Part shown: positions 10,086 to 19,785 of the stretch, in pieces
Layout: every line of letters begins with the position of its first letter
Position numbering within the stretch: position 1 is the first letter of the stretch
From: Candidatus Heimdallarchaeota archaeon
Lineage (GTDB): Archaea > Asgardarchaeota > Heimdallarchaeia > Hodarchaeales > Hodarchaeaceae
Direction of reading: 5' to 3'
Assembly (NCBI GenBank): GCA_048881705.1
Contig: JBHLSH010000044.1
Span: forward strand, 1 to 32,158
Length of the DNA stretch: 32,158 bases
Translations under genes and position numbers: made by a program
Notes under the pieces: model-generated
What the model was told of the DNA's origin: nothing
Seen by the model: the letters and a program-made list of their open reading frames with translations, nothing else
The model's database searches: none

Positions 10086-10757
10086 ATGGAAAAAATGCGG
10101 AAAATCAGTATCGAACTCTCGCCTAAGTTGAAAAGGTCATATTCTAATCCCAATTTTGGAAGCCTTTTTGTAAGAGAGGTACCAAATATAAAAAAACATG
10201 AAATGTTGGAACAAGGAAAAAAAAATTTGGAAAAGATGATAAGGGAGGCGGATTTGGAGAGCGATAAGGATGAAATACTGCAAAATTATGCTTCCTATTT
10301 CAAAAGGTGGGGAAAAACATACCCTATTGAATTTCAATTGAAAACTATCCGGGAGGGGGGACAGTTTCCCCAAGTTTCGGTCCTAGTTGATAGTATGTTT
10401 TTGGCCGAACTTAAAAGCAGGATACTTACTTCAGGACATGATACAGATGCTATCCAGGGAGACTTACTGTTTGATGTGTCAGATGGGGGAGAAGGATATG
10501 TGAAAATCAACGGGAAAGAACAAACTCTGAAAGCAGATGACGTTATCCTGAGGGATAATAACGATATCCTAGCGAGCGTCTTGTATGGACCCGCAATGAA
10601 AACCTCGATTAATCCGAATACACGTAATCCTCTCTATCTCGCATGGTGTCCTTATGGAATGCCCGAGGTGCGTATCAAAGAGCATTTAAACAATATTCTC
10701 TCAAATTTGGAACTGGTATTCGATTCACCATTCTCTGCAGTCCAAATTCACCAATAG
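10086..10757 (+). CDS. Stand-alone B3/B4 (PheRS beta editing-like) domain protein
   Basis: YFKRWGK.YP, LVDSMFLAEL, GHDTDAI, DVILRD and YGP pattern of the B3/4 family. No synthetase domains. Confidence 0.75.
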   Translation: MEKMRKISIELSPKLKRSYSNPNFGSLFVREVPNIKKHEMLEQGKKNLEKMIREADLESDKDEILQNYASYFKRWGKTYPIEFQLKTIREGGQFPQVSVLVDSMFLAELKSRILTSGHDTDAIQGDLLFDVSDGGEGYVKINGKEQTLKADDVILRDNNDILASVLYGPAMKTSINPNTRNPLYLAWCPYGMPEVRIKEHLNNILSNLELVFDSPFSAVQIHQ

Positions 10758-10974
10758 CGATAGGTTTTGGGATATCACCGGAACGCACAATCACTCGAAT
10801 TTGGTACCTTAAGTAAAGATACAGTGAAATTTGTACAGGATTCGTTTCTTAATTATTCTAAACCTTAAGTTGGACTTAACAGGCAACAGTAATGACATTA
10901 ATAGAGATCTATTTCGGGAATTATTGAAATAAAGGTATATACAAAGCCATAAGGTTATCTACAATATTCACTAA

Positions 10975-11955
10975 TCACGCTCGATTCAATTTTGGATGTT
11001 CTTGCTCGCAGATGATTTGTTTCAAGGTACCCAATCCAATATTTCTGCCACATATGATCAGAACTACATTTTTATCATGAAAACGTTCTTTTTCTTTTAA
11101 GTAGGCCGCAACAGTGACTCCAGCGGCCCCCTCAATGATCATGTGGTGTTGTTTCAGCATGAAAATGATTGCATGCTTGATATCTTCCTCTGTAACGACA
11201 ATAAAATGATCAATCAACTTTTGACATAAATCCAGGGTTATAGTATTGGGTTCAATTCCGCCTGCGGTTCCATCAGAAAGTGTTGGATGAATGGGAACAT
11301 TTACAATCCTGCCTGCCTTTATGGACTCGTAAAGGGGGGGAGAATTTAGCGGGGTACAACCTATAACCTCAACCTTTGGATTGACATCTTTTAAATACGT
11401 ACCAACACCAGAAATCAATCCGCCTCCACCAATGGCTACCAAAACGGAATCAATGTGCGGAAGCTGCTTCTCCAACTCTATTCCAATTGTACCTTGACCT
11501 GCAATTATATCCCAATCGTTATATGGGGAGATATACGTCTTTTCCTCTTGATTGGCAATCTGACGTGCATGAAGCTCGGTATCCGAACTATCTTCTCCGT
11601 AAATCTTAACCTCGACATCGAACTCTTGTAAAGCATCAATCTTTGCTTGAACAGTATTTTGTGGTAAAAAAATTAACCCAGTTCCGTCTACCAGACTCAA
11701 TGCCTTTGCAACGGCGAGCCCATGGTTTCCCGAGGAAGCGGTGACCACTTCCTTCTTCGTTAGGGAGAGAATTTTATTGATTGCTCCTCGAAATTTAAAG
11801 GATCCTGTGATCTGAAGATTTTCTAACTTAAGGTGTACTTGGCACCTCCCAATCTTACTAAGAGGGAGTGAAAACTCGACGGGAGTCTCGCGGATATAAT
11901 CCCGGATGCATTTATCTGCTTCTACGATTCTTTTCACCAGAATTGGATTATTCAA
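10975..11955 (-). CDS. PLP-dependent threonine/serine dehydratase (catabolic type, no regulatory domain)
   Basis: LKLENLQITGSFKFRGA, ASSGNHG, AGQGTIG, IGGGGLISG and IEGAAG motifs. TTG start. Confidence 0.9.
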   Translation of the reverse strand: MNNPILVKRIVEADKCIRDYIRETPVEFSLPLSKIGRCQVHLKLENLQITGSFKFRGAINKILSLTKKEVVTASSGNHGLAVAKALSLVDGTGLIFLPQNTVQAKIDALQEFDVEVKIYGEDSSDTELHARQIANQEEKTYISPYNDWDIIAGQGTIGIELEKQLPHIDSVLVAIGGGGLISGVGTYLKDVNPKVEVIGCTPLNSPPLYESIKAGRIVNVPIHPTLSDGTAGGIEPNTITLDLCQKLIDHFIVVTEEDIKHAIIFMLKQHHMIIEGAAGVTVAAYLKEKERFHDKNVVLIICGRNIGLGTLKQIICEQEHPKLNRA

Positions 11956-12042
11956 GTTTAAATCCCTTCAAAAAAGGTACTTAAAGATCATTATTCTGTT
12001 ATTTAACGTTTTTAATGGGGATGATCATTCAATCTCAATTGT

Positions 12043-12777
12043 CTAAGAAATGATACGATTGATCAATTCTAGTAGCTCCAAAGGAGTTCTATAATAATAC
12101 TTCCAACCTGGTTCTAAATCCCTTAGGACACAAGATTGAATGGTAAAGGCACCGAGTTGATCCGCTAGCCTTAACATCTTAGGATTATCATCAATCACTA
12201 GAGATTGAGACGGATTTACTTCAGCATGGGAGAACATATGTTTGTAAAATTCGTTCCCTCCCTTCATCACACCAATTAGATCAGGACCGTAGAGGGTGGT
12301 AAAGCAATCGAGAAGATCCATACCTGATAAATAGCCATGTAATGTCCAGGATGTCTCTCCAGAGGCAGTATAAAGGTGATATCCTAATGAATGTATTACC
12401 TTAATTACTGGGATTATGCCATCGATAGCCGCTTGAATTTGGGGAGTTATCCATTCCTCCACATTCCGGCATATTCGATAATAATCTTTCTTTGGGGGCC
12501 TTTGTACTCCTACAGTGTCAAACATATGATTTATCCATATTTCATCTAGTAATTTTTGGTGCTTTTGGAATTCCAGGTTCTGGGAATCGTGAATCCGAGC
12601 GTCCAATTCATCGATAAGGATCGCAATTGCCTGATGATTAGCTTCTCGCCATGTTTGATGCATGCCACCATACCGAGGTTGAAAGTATTGGGCACAGAGT
12701 TCCATCCATTGGTCATGTCGCATAGAATTATCATTCAAGACTCCCCCGTCATCAAAGAAAATGGATGATAGATCCAT
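12043..12777 (-). CDS. HAD-superfamily hydrolase
   Basis: Motif I FDDGGVL, motif II TASG, motif III K, motif IV VIDDN. Confidence 0.8.
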   Translation of the reverse strand: MDLSSIFFDDGGVLNDNSMRHDQWMELCAQYFQPRYGGMHQTWREANHQAIAILIDELDARIHDSQNLEFQKHQKLLDEIWINHMFDTVGVQRPPKKDYYRICRNVEEWITPQIQAAIDGIIPVIKVIHSLGYHLYTASGETSWTLHGYLSGMDLLDCFTTLYGPDLIGVMKGGNEFYKHMFSHAEVNPSQSLVIDDNPKMLRLADQLGAFTIQSCVLRDLEPGWKYYYRTPLELLELINRIIS

Positions 12778-12938
12778 ATGCTACATTTTTGTGTAAAGTT
12801 TAAATGCATTCGATTCTTGGTAAGTTGGTATACTTTTTTTAAGTAAGAAAATACGATCTCACGAAGGTTTGAGAGAAATCGCTGTTCTACTCCCTCGAAA
12901 AACCATTCTTATTAACGCGGTTCTAAGTCGATACATTT

Positions 12939-14105
12939 GTGCAAATCAAGCTGCAAGTTAAATCTAAACTCGAGAAACAACAATACAGGTTTATAGGGGA
13001 CCATTCCGCCGTTAAAATCTGCGGTTGGACAAAAAAAATGATAAAAGGGGAAGGAGGATGCTATAAATTAAAATTCTATGGAATTATGAGTAATCAATGT
13101 ATGCAAATGACAACGAGTATGAGTTGTGCAAATAGATGTACTTTTTGTTGGCGTAGCGAAAAAGCACCTGTATCTAAAGACTGGAAGTGGGAAATTGATG
13201 ATCCACGTGAGATATTCGAAGACAGTCAAGAAGAGCATCACCGATTGTTAGCAGGGTATAAGGGATCGCCGAATGTTAACATGAATGCATACCTGAAATC
13301 GAAAACCGTCAAGCACGTAGCCTTATCATTGACGGGCGAACCAATTACTTATCCTCGGATTAATGAATTGATTGATTTATACCATCAGCATCAAATCAGT
13401 ACGTTTCTCGTGACGAATGCCACATATCCTGACCAGATCAGAGATCTACGCCCTGTTACGCAACTATATATAAGCTTAGACGCCCCTAACAAAGAATTAT
13501 TGAAGATCGTGGATGTTCCTCTCTTTAAAGATTATTGGGAGCGCCTAAATCAGAGTTTAGACTATTTGGCATCAAAACCATATAGAACATGTATTCGTTT
13601 AACAATGATCAAAGATCTCAATATGATTGAACCCCAGAATTACGCTCATTTAATCCACAAAGGGGATCCTGATTTTATCGAGGTCAAGGCCTATATGCAT
13701 GTAGGTGCTTCAATGAAACGCCTTAAACGGGAAAATATGCCGCTGCACGAGGAAATAATAGAGTTTGCTAAATCCTTATTGTCATATTTACCAGAGTACG
13801 ATATAGTTTCTGAGCACATCCCCTCTAGAGTTGTGATGCTGGCCAAAAAGAACTATAAAAGAGGATCCGAGTGGTACACCTGGATAGATTTTCCGAAATT
13901 CCATGAACTAAGTCAGTCGGGTTTGACCTTCACCACGGAAGACTTTTTACGGAAAACACCCACTACTGGACTCAGCGGTTATGGGACTTTAAACTATTCG
14001 CGTAATAACAGGGGTAAATTCGTTTTAACAGTAAGTAGCGTCAACATAGATGTCAATGTGAATGAAAAAACTTCGGAAATGGAGTTCTGGGAAGATTCGG
14101 AATAA
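12939..14105 (+). CDS. taw1: 4-demethylwyosine synthase (radical SAM, TYW1/Taw1), no flavodoxin domain
   Basis: HSAVKICGWTKK, GCYK.KFYGI, QCMQMT, CANRCTFCWR (CxxxCxxC), ALSLTGEP and PDFIEVKAY motifs. GTG start. Confidence 0.95.
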   Translation: MQIKLQVKSKLEKQQYRFIGDHSAVKICGWTKKMIKGEGGCYKLKFYGIMSNQCMQMTTSMSCANRCTFCWRSEKAPVSKDWKWEIDDPREIFEDSQEEHHRLLAGYKGSPNVNMNAYLKSKTVKHVALSLTGEPITYPRINELIDLYHQHQISTFLVTNATYPDQIRDLRPVTQLYISLDAPNKELLKIVDVPLFKDYWERLNQSLDYLASKPYRTCIRLTMIKDLNMIEPQNYAHLIHKGDPDFIEVKAYMHVGASMKRLKRENMPLHEEIIEFAKSLLSYLPEYDIVSEHIPSRVVMLAKKNYKRGSEWYTWIDFPKFHELSQSGLTFTTEDFLRKTPTTGLSGYGTLNYSRNNRGKFVLTVSSVNIDVNVNEKTSEMEFWEDSE

Positions 14106-14244
14106 CTATTCCGAAAGCGTTAAGTCTAATGGCTTCTCTCTTTTTTTCGCCCAGGTGGTTGCGAGGTTTCAGGGAGCATGAAAGACTGGTCGTAACCCTG
14201 ATTTTGGAATAACACAGATATACTGGGTACTAGATTTTATCCAT

Positions 14245-14736
14245 ATGATTCTATCTAACTTGGGAAAATATAATCTTTGGGCTGGTAACGAATCACGCAA
14301 AATTCTGCAAAAATTGGCCTTGGATAAGTTCGACAAAATCTTTGAAGAGCCTATCGGTTCATTAAGAAAAAAGGTCGAACATATCCTCTTAGCATACGAG
14401 ACGTGTTATTCTTTCTACTACAGCAGATGGGATGACATAGAAAAAAGACGAGAAAGAGTGAAATCTATGACCAAAGCTGAATTATTGGAATATTGGGAAG
14501 TAAAGGATAGGTTTTTAGCAGAACAGCTGGAAAAAAGGGCGGTTGAGAAAGTAAGAATCCAGAGGACGTCCCAGAATGATTATTTCGTGATGAGTGGAGG
14601 AGATTTTCTCGTCCAATACATTTTACACACGGTATACCATAGGGGACAACTTAACTATTGCTTGAAACTCCTAGATTCCCCTAGGATTGAAGCAGATTAC
14701 CTTTACTTCTTTGATGAGCTGGATGCAAAAGAATAG
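14245..14736 (+). CDS. DinB/YfiT family protein
   Basis: YNLWA, HILLA and HTVYHRGQL His motifs. Confidence 0.8.
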   Translation: MILSNLGKYNLWAGNESRKILQKLALDKFDKIFEEPIGSLRKKVEHILLAYETCYSFYYSRWDDIEKRRERVKSMTKAELLEYWEVKDRFLAEQLEKRAVEKVRIQRTSQNDYFVMSGGDFLVQYILHTVYHRGQLNYCLKLLDSPRIEADYLYFFDELDAKE

Positions 14737-14737
14737 A

Positions 14738-15064
14738 TCAGCGCTGTTCAGCTTCAGAGAGCTCCATGGCTTTCCCTTGAGTGCAATAGTACTCCCAACG
14801 CATGGACATGGTTTTGCTAATCAGACATTGCCCACATAAACAGCCCTTATGTTCCTTAATGATGCTGCTTTTTCCCAAGGCACAAAAAGCAAGCCAAACT
14901 TCCCCTGTTCCTTGATAGGTCGGACACTTTCCACAGTAATCCTCACAAATGTGCAGCACGTTCTCCGCAGCACTCTCCCGATCCGTTTCAGACATAACGG
15001 CCATCATCTTGACCTTTTCTTCGTAGGTTGCGGTGGGAAACCTTTCATCATCATCATTTGCCAT
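14738..15064 (-). CDS. Cys-rich DUF2769-like protein
   Basis: CxxxCxxCPTY, FCALGKS, GCLCGQC and YYC..G pattern. Confidence 0.65.
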   Translation of the reverse strand: MANDDDERFPTATYEEKVKMMAVMSETDRESAAENVLHICEDYCGKCPTYQGTGEVWLAFCALGKSSIIKEHKGCLCGQCLISKTMSMRWEYYCTQGKAMELSEAEQR

Positions 15065-15182
15065 ATATACCGCAGGCTTATGAGTTATTGAATTATCTTA
15101 TGGAGCCAAAAATCGACAATGAAAAAAGGGATGAAAGCCTATTACGCCTATTTGAGGTAAAAACCAATTTGGAGGCATTAAT

Positions 15183-15764
15183 ATGGATGTCACCTTATCA
15201 AAACCCAATTACCTTCTTGTAATTACTGGCCCCCCTGCCTCAGGGAAATCAACTCTGGGTTTGAAATTAGCTGAAGAACTTCAATTACCATTTATTTCAA
15301 AAGATAACATCAAGGAATTATTGTTTGATGCTTTGGGTTGGAAAGATCGCAATTGGTCAAAAGAATTAGGGAGAGCAAGTCTTAATATACTCTATCATGT
15401 CCTAGAAATGAATCTTCAGGTAAAGAAACCTCTGATAATTGAAACCGCATTTTATCGAGAGGAAGAGTCCGAAAAGTTACGAAAAATAAAGCGTACTTAC
15501 TCCATAAAATCTATTCAGATATACTGCTTTGCCACAGCGGAGGTTTTGCGTAAGAGATTCTTAGAAAGAGTTCTGATCAATAATAGACATCCTGGCCATG
15601 GAGACATTGCAGTAGCTAAAACTGAATACGATAGGTTGGATATCTTTGACCGTTATGGAGAATTGGACATCGGGGGGTCAATTGTTCGCGTTGACACGTC
15701 GGATTTCAGCAAAGTAGAGTATGAAGCAGTATTTCAAACCATCAAGGATTTAATCGGACGTTGA
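15183..15764 (+). CDS. P-loop NTPase / small-molecule kinase (AAA_33-like)
   Basis: GPPASGKST Walker A, ISKDNIKE, IIET and RHPGH motifs. Confidence 0.8.
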   Translation: MDVTLSKPNYLLVITGPPASGKSTLGLKLAEELQLPFISKDNIKELLFDALGWKDRNWSKELGRASLNILYHVLEMNLQVKKPLIIETAFYREEESEKLRKIKRTYSIKSIQIYCFATAEVLRKRFLERVLINNRHPGHGDIAVAKTEYDRLDIFDRYGELDIGGSIVRVDTSDFSKVEYEAVFQTIKDLIGR

Positions 15765-15818
15765 AGTTTTGAGAAGGGTCGACTCTCGGAAATGATTGAA
15801 TGAAAGGGCTTGGAGGAT

Positions 15819-16121
15819 CTAATCACGGTTTCCGACCGCGAGCAGGAAACGTTTGAAAGATGGAAACACTACTTTCTGTTGAACTGAAGGATCCTGGCTC
15901 ATGATCATTTGGGCCTCGTTTAAAGACCTCGTTTTCAATATAATATATCCCGTCCCGTCATCAAGATTTCTACCAGCAACTGCCAGCTTTCCCTTTACAA
16001 ATAACTCCTGAAGATATCGGAAATGGTCTTCCATGATATTTTGTTCCTCCTGGGTAATATCCTTGGGAAACGACTCCCGTAGGCCTCGAATTGTAACAAA
16101 ATAAGCGTTATGGTTATCCAA
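15819..16121 (-). CDS. YciI family protein
   Basis: HFRYL...GKL..AG...G..I...SL.EA......DP pattern. Confidence 0.8.
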   Translation of the reverse strand: MDNHNAYFVTIRGLRESFPKDITQEEQNIMEDHFRYLQELFVKGKLAVAGRNLDDGTGYIILKTRSLNEAQMIMSQDPSVQQKVVFPSFKRFLLAVGNRD

Positions 16122-16135
16122 CCTTTCTCATCCTC

Positions 16136-16672
16136 TTAACATGCTGTTACCAGCTTGTTGCGTAGGTATAGAGACTGTAGCCTTAGAGACTGACCTATAT
16201 GAGTTACCGTATGCATAACATTCAAATTTAACCACTCCCGTAACTTCATTTGAGTTTGGCCGTTAAATACATCAATATACTTATTCAGATCATTCTCTTG
16301 CAATTGCTGTTCGACTTTCTTAAGGAGAGAAATCGTTCTAGCATAGAGATCCAGGTATTGTTCAAGAGGTCCGAAACTAGCATTTAATGAGGGGTCTGGT
16401 GTAGGGTGATCGTTTCCGCTTTCTAAAAGCTTTTGACATGACTGAAACAAAGGTGTAATCCCGTGAATGTATACCTCCGCTGCAGATTTCTCGTTAGTAA
16501 AGAGCCTATTCTCAAAAGATTCTTGGAAATGTTCTTTTCGGCTCCTTAGGACGTTTCTAACATAAGACAGTTGTTTTTCTAATACAACGATTGAATCCAT
16601 CATTTTAATCAATTCCTGAGATTCTTCAAGTTTTAATATCTCTATGAATGTATATTGAAACTCATCACACAC
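16136..16672 (-). CDS. DinB-superfamily-like protein
   Basis: C-terminal MHTVTHIGQ His motif and helical composition. Start codon uncertain (GTG). Confidence 0.55.
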   Translation of the reverse strand: MCDEFQYTFIEILKLEESQELIKMMDSIVVLEKQLSYVRNVLRSRKEHFQESFENRLFTNEKSAAEVYIHGITPLFQSCQKLLESGNDHPTPDPSLNASFGPLEQYLDLYARTISLLKKVEQQLQENDLNKYIDVFNGQTQMKLREWLNLNVMHTVTHIGQSLRLQSLYLRNKLVTAC

Positions 16673-16806
16673 GTTATTTACTCATTTTGGCGTTTTTACT
16701 TCTGATTTGTAAGATTGGGTTATGCCTGCGATTTGAACCCAGTTTCACTGATATGAAAGCATAAATTTCGCACGAATATAATATCTCTGCAACCCAAAGG
16801 TAAAAT

Positions 16807-16824
16807 TATTACTAATTAGTAATA
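16807..16824. promoter_or_regulatory. Perfect 18-bp palindrome, candidate operator
   Basis: TATTACTAATTAGTAATA is self-complementary and lies between the divergent DinB-like and HxlR genes. Confidence 0.5.
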
Positions 16825-16964
16825 GAATGTTTTTTAGTTAATCTGTTACCAGACAGCCCAGAGAGATTCTCATTTCCAACGGTATTTACATCAAATTCTA
16901 TATGGGTAAAAACAAGTCTTCGGATGATAAATAACCGCTAAATCAGTCCACAAGAGGTTATCGC

Positions 16965-17399
16965 TTGAAATTAGATCTAAATAGACAGGAACAAACGAGT
17001 AGCATGATAAGAGATCCGAAAACCTGTCCTACGAAATTTGCCCTGAAATTGTTCAAGAAATGGAGTATTGAAATTGTAAGGGACATCTGGTTTGGGAAGG
17101 AACGGTTTTCAGACATCTTAAAAGCTAATCCTGGTCTCAGTACGAAAGTCTTGTCGCAGAGATTGCGAGAATTGGAACAATACAACATAGTCGAGAAAAT
17201 TATAATTAGCAAAACGCCCCTACGCGCAATATACCAATTAACGGAAAAAGGGAGAGCTCTAAACAGGATTATGTATGATCTTGCTATGTTTAGCTATGAT
17301 TATTATCCCCAAGAAATCTTTGAAGGAACACCTCCCACGAGACCAGAAATGGTTGCAAGAACTGAGGCCATCTTCAAACTAGATAGCGTGGAAGTCTAG
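16965..17399 (+). CDS. HxlR (MarR/DUF24) family winged-helix regulator
   Basis: CP.....KKWS, RFSDI..ANPGLSTKVLSQRLRELE and YQLTEKG motifs. Confidence 0.9.
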   Translation: MKLDLNRQEQTSSMIRDPKTCPTKFALKLFKKWSIEIVRDIWFGKERFSDILKANPGLSTKVLSQRLRELEQYNIVEKIIISKTPLRAIYQLTEKGRALNRIMYDLAMFSYDYYPQEIFEGTPPTRPEMVARTEAIFKLDSVEV

Positions 17400-17585
17400 G
17401 TTAAAGAACGTACGGGCGCAATTACGATAATTCGAACCCGATTATTCTCGTCTGTTGATTTGCTGCTTTCTATGCAGCAGTGCCATGGGTTTGGGGATAA
17501 AAAAAGAAAAATAGGAACTGATTGATTTTCATTTAGCGAGAGAGTAGGAGAAGGAACTACTAACTCTCATGCACTGAAAATGCAA

Positions 17586-17948
17586 CTAAGATGACGGGGG
17601 TGTAAACAATCCAAACTCATTCCCGAAGCAGTCTTGAAACTGCGCAGAGTGTCCGATTTCGGGTGCAATTTCGTACTTCTCGCGTTTCACGACTCCACCA
17701 GCCTTTTTTACCTCATCAAGGGTCTGATTGATATCGGAAACCTCAAACACTACATTAACACCGTGTTCAGGGATTTTTTCTACGACGAAGATTCCGATGC
17801 TTGAGGCGCCCGCACTCGGCGCCGAGACCAATCCATAGTTGGGCATTGCCTCTAGATCTACATTCCAATCAAAAATCGATTCGTAGAACTCTTTGGCCTT
17901 TTTCAAATCAAGAACGGGGATTTCTACATGATTAACTGTATTTGACAT
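17586..17948 (-). CDS. VOC/glyoxalase family protein
   Basis: HVEIPV.DL.KAKEFY, FEVSDI and FQDCFGNEFGL motifs. Confidence 0.9.
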   Translation of the reverse strand: MSNTVNHVEIPVLDLKKAKEFYESIFDWNVDLEAMPNYGLVSAPSAGASSIGIFVVEKIPEHGVNVVFEVSDINQTLDEVKKAGGVVKREKYEIAPEIGHSAQFQDCFGNEFGLFTPPSS

Positions 17949-18042
17949 GTTATAAACACCAAGGCTCTCATTTTTTCTATCTTAAAAAGCAATTTGTTAC
18001 CGAATGGTAAGATCACTGAATATGAAGCAAAAGCGAGATATT

Positions 18043-19377
18043 CTATATCCTAGGACGATTTTTTATCTTTTTTAAGATTATAGTTATACCAAACGCTAGC
18101 ACTGTATTTGTAATGACCCCAAAACTAGTGGTAGAAGGCGTTGTTGAGCTAGTGTTGGTTCTTTCCCTTGGAGACAATACTAGTGGGAAATTGTCTTGCC
18201 CATCAATACCGTCCAATACGTAGGGATTATCAACGATGCCATCATTATCAGTATCGGGGGATGTCCAATCATTCCAATAATTATGAGTAATCTGATTAGG
18301 ACCCTGTGAAAACTGGATCGCCTGCTTGCCATTCCCTTTATTGTTATCAATAAACGTGTTTTCCTGCACTAAATTGTTCCCGCCTTCAAGCCTAAGCCCG
18401 TGTAGCTGGGAATTGATTATTAGGTTATGTCTCATTGAATTAAAGACGGAGGTAGGGCCCGCTATGTGAACTCCCTCTGTACCTGCGTGATCAACCGTAT
18501 TATTGGTGATTGTGCTGTTTTGGACATTGCTTAAGAAAATCGCTTTGGAGGTAGTCTTTCTAATCGTATTATTTTCAAAGATACTCCCTCCAGTATCGGA
18601 TAAGACCCAAAGTCCATAGCGGCCGATCGTATCGATGATATTATCCCTAATTATATTGTTGAATGATTGTGTACTGCCGCCCGCGCCAAGGCCCTCATAA
18701 ACGATGGTATTATAAACCTCATTACCCCGTACTATGGAATTAGATACATTCAACCAGAGCCATATTCCGTCATGGTTATTGTAAAGTAAGTTATGCTCAA
18801 CAATGATATCCGTTGATCTGCGTACATCTATAGAAAAGGGGTAATTCGTGAAACCATCCACGTCAGAATAGGTGGGAATGCCCTTTGTCCCATTTATCAC
18901 ATTGTGTGAAATGATGGCATTTGAGGAGGAGACTAAAAAGAGGGCATCTCCACTATTATTGATGAAAATATTATCTGTAATTAGTGCATTGGAAACAGCG
19001 TCCAGCTTGATACCCCCTTTTCCCCCATCACTAAACTTAGAGTTTCTTATAATGAAATGATGGTTAGTATTATTGATTTCCAGTTGGTAATTGACTGACA
19101 TACTTGAAAATTCCAAATTTTCCAAGATAAAGGGATTATCGGCTGAACCAGTTCCTGACCATCCTTCTGATGTCGCCAGATCCTCCATTTCTTGATTTCC
19201 ATTAATCACGATGGGAGAATAAAAATCAAAAACCTGATGTTTCTCACTAATCTTCAAATTCGAGCTTGTTTTTGCATGAAAGTTCGATTTACTTGAGTTG
19301 TGATTAGCTAACATCAAATTCATGGAAAAAAGCACAAGAAAAAAGAGAAAAAAGGTTTTTATGGTCATTCGTACCAA
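18043..19377 (-). CDS. Exported right-handed beta-helix (NosD/pectin-lyase-like) protein with C-terminal membrane anchor
   Basis: Signal peptide, N-cap GWSGTGSADNPFIL, repeated IxNNxI units, NYWNDWTSPDTDNDG C-cap, Thr/Ser linker, TTSFG + TM + KKIKNRPR. True start may be ATG 19368. Confidence 0.85.
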   Translation of the reverse strand: MVRMTIKTFFLFFLVLFSMNLMLANHNSSKSNFHAKTSSNLKISEKHQVFDFYSPIVINGNQEMEDLATSEGWSGTGSADNPFILENLEFSSMSVNYQLEINNTNHHFIIRNSKFSDGGKGGIKLDAVSNALITDNIFINNSGDALFLVSSSNAIISHNVINGTKGIPTYSDVDGFTNYPFSIDVRRSTDIIVEHNLLYNNHDGIWLWLNVSNSIVRGNEVYNTIVYEGLGAGGSTQSFNNIIRDNIIDTIGRYGLWVLSDTGGSIFENNTIRKTTSKAIFLSNVQNSTITNNTVDHAGTEGVHIAGPTSVFNSMRHNLIINSQLHGLRLEGGNNLVQENTFIDNNKGNGKQAIQFSQGPNQITHNYWNDWTSPDTDNDGIVDNPYVLDGIDGQDNFPLVLSPRERTNTSSTTPSTTSFGVITNTVLAFGITIILKKIKNRPRI

Positions 19378-19785
19378 TAATCATCCTTTCCGAATGTTTT
19401 TAGGAGTTCTGGATAATATACCTACCAAACAATCCATCCCGATTTAGGGAGTCAATAAAAGGTGGTTATAGGTGCAACGAAGTTTACGATAATCGGAATT
19501 ATAAAGGATCTAATCCATTTCGACCGAGGATTCGGGCAAAGATCAGCCCATGTATAATTGTGAAGAAAAGATTAGACCTACTTCGTAAATTTCGCTAAGT
19601 ATTCCCTGATAAACATTTGGATAACCATAAGTTTATATCTGTAGATCCGAAAGAGAAAACTAGTATGCGCTGAAACGTATAAGGAGAGTTCACTTCACTC
19701 TTGATTATAGTTGCCAATTTCAGTTCATTCAATGCCGTTTAACCTATCATTGGCCGAAGAACAACTCTTTTAAGGTTAATATAAT

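Noticed and set aside
12043-12777. HAD motif I reads DDGG rather than DxD, possibly inactive
   Set aside because: DxG variants are common in active HAD subfamily I enzymes, and the other motifs are intact.
17461-17479. TGCTGC-N7-GCAGCA hairpin between convergent HxlR and VOC genes
   Set aside because: Only a 6-bp stem with no adjacent T-run, so too weak to call a terminator.
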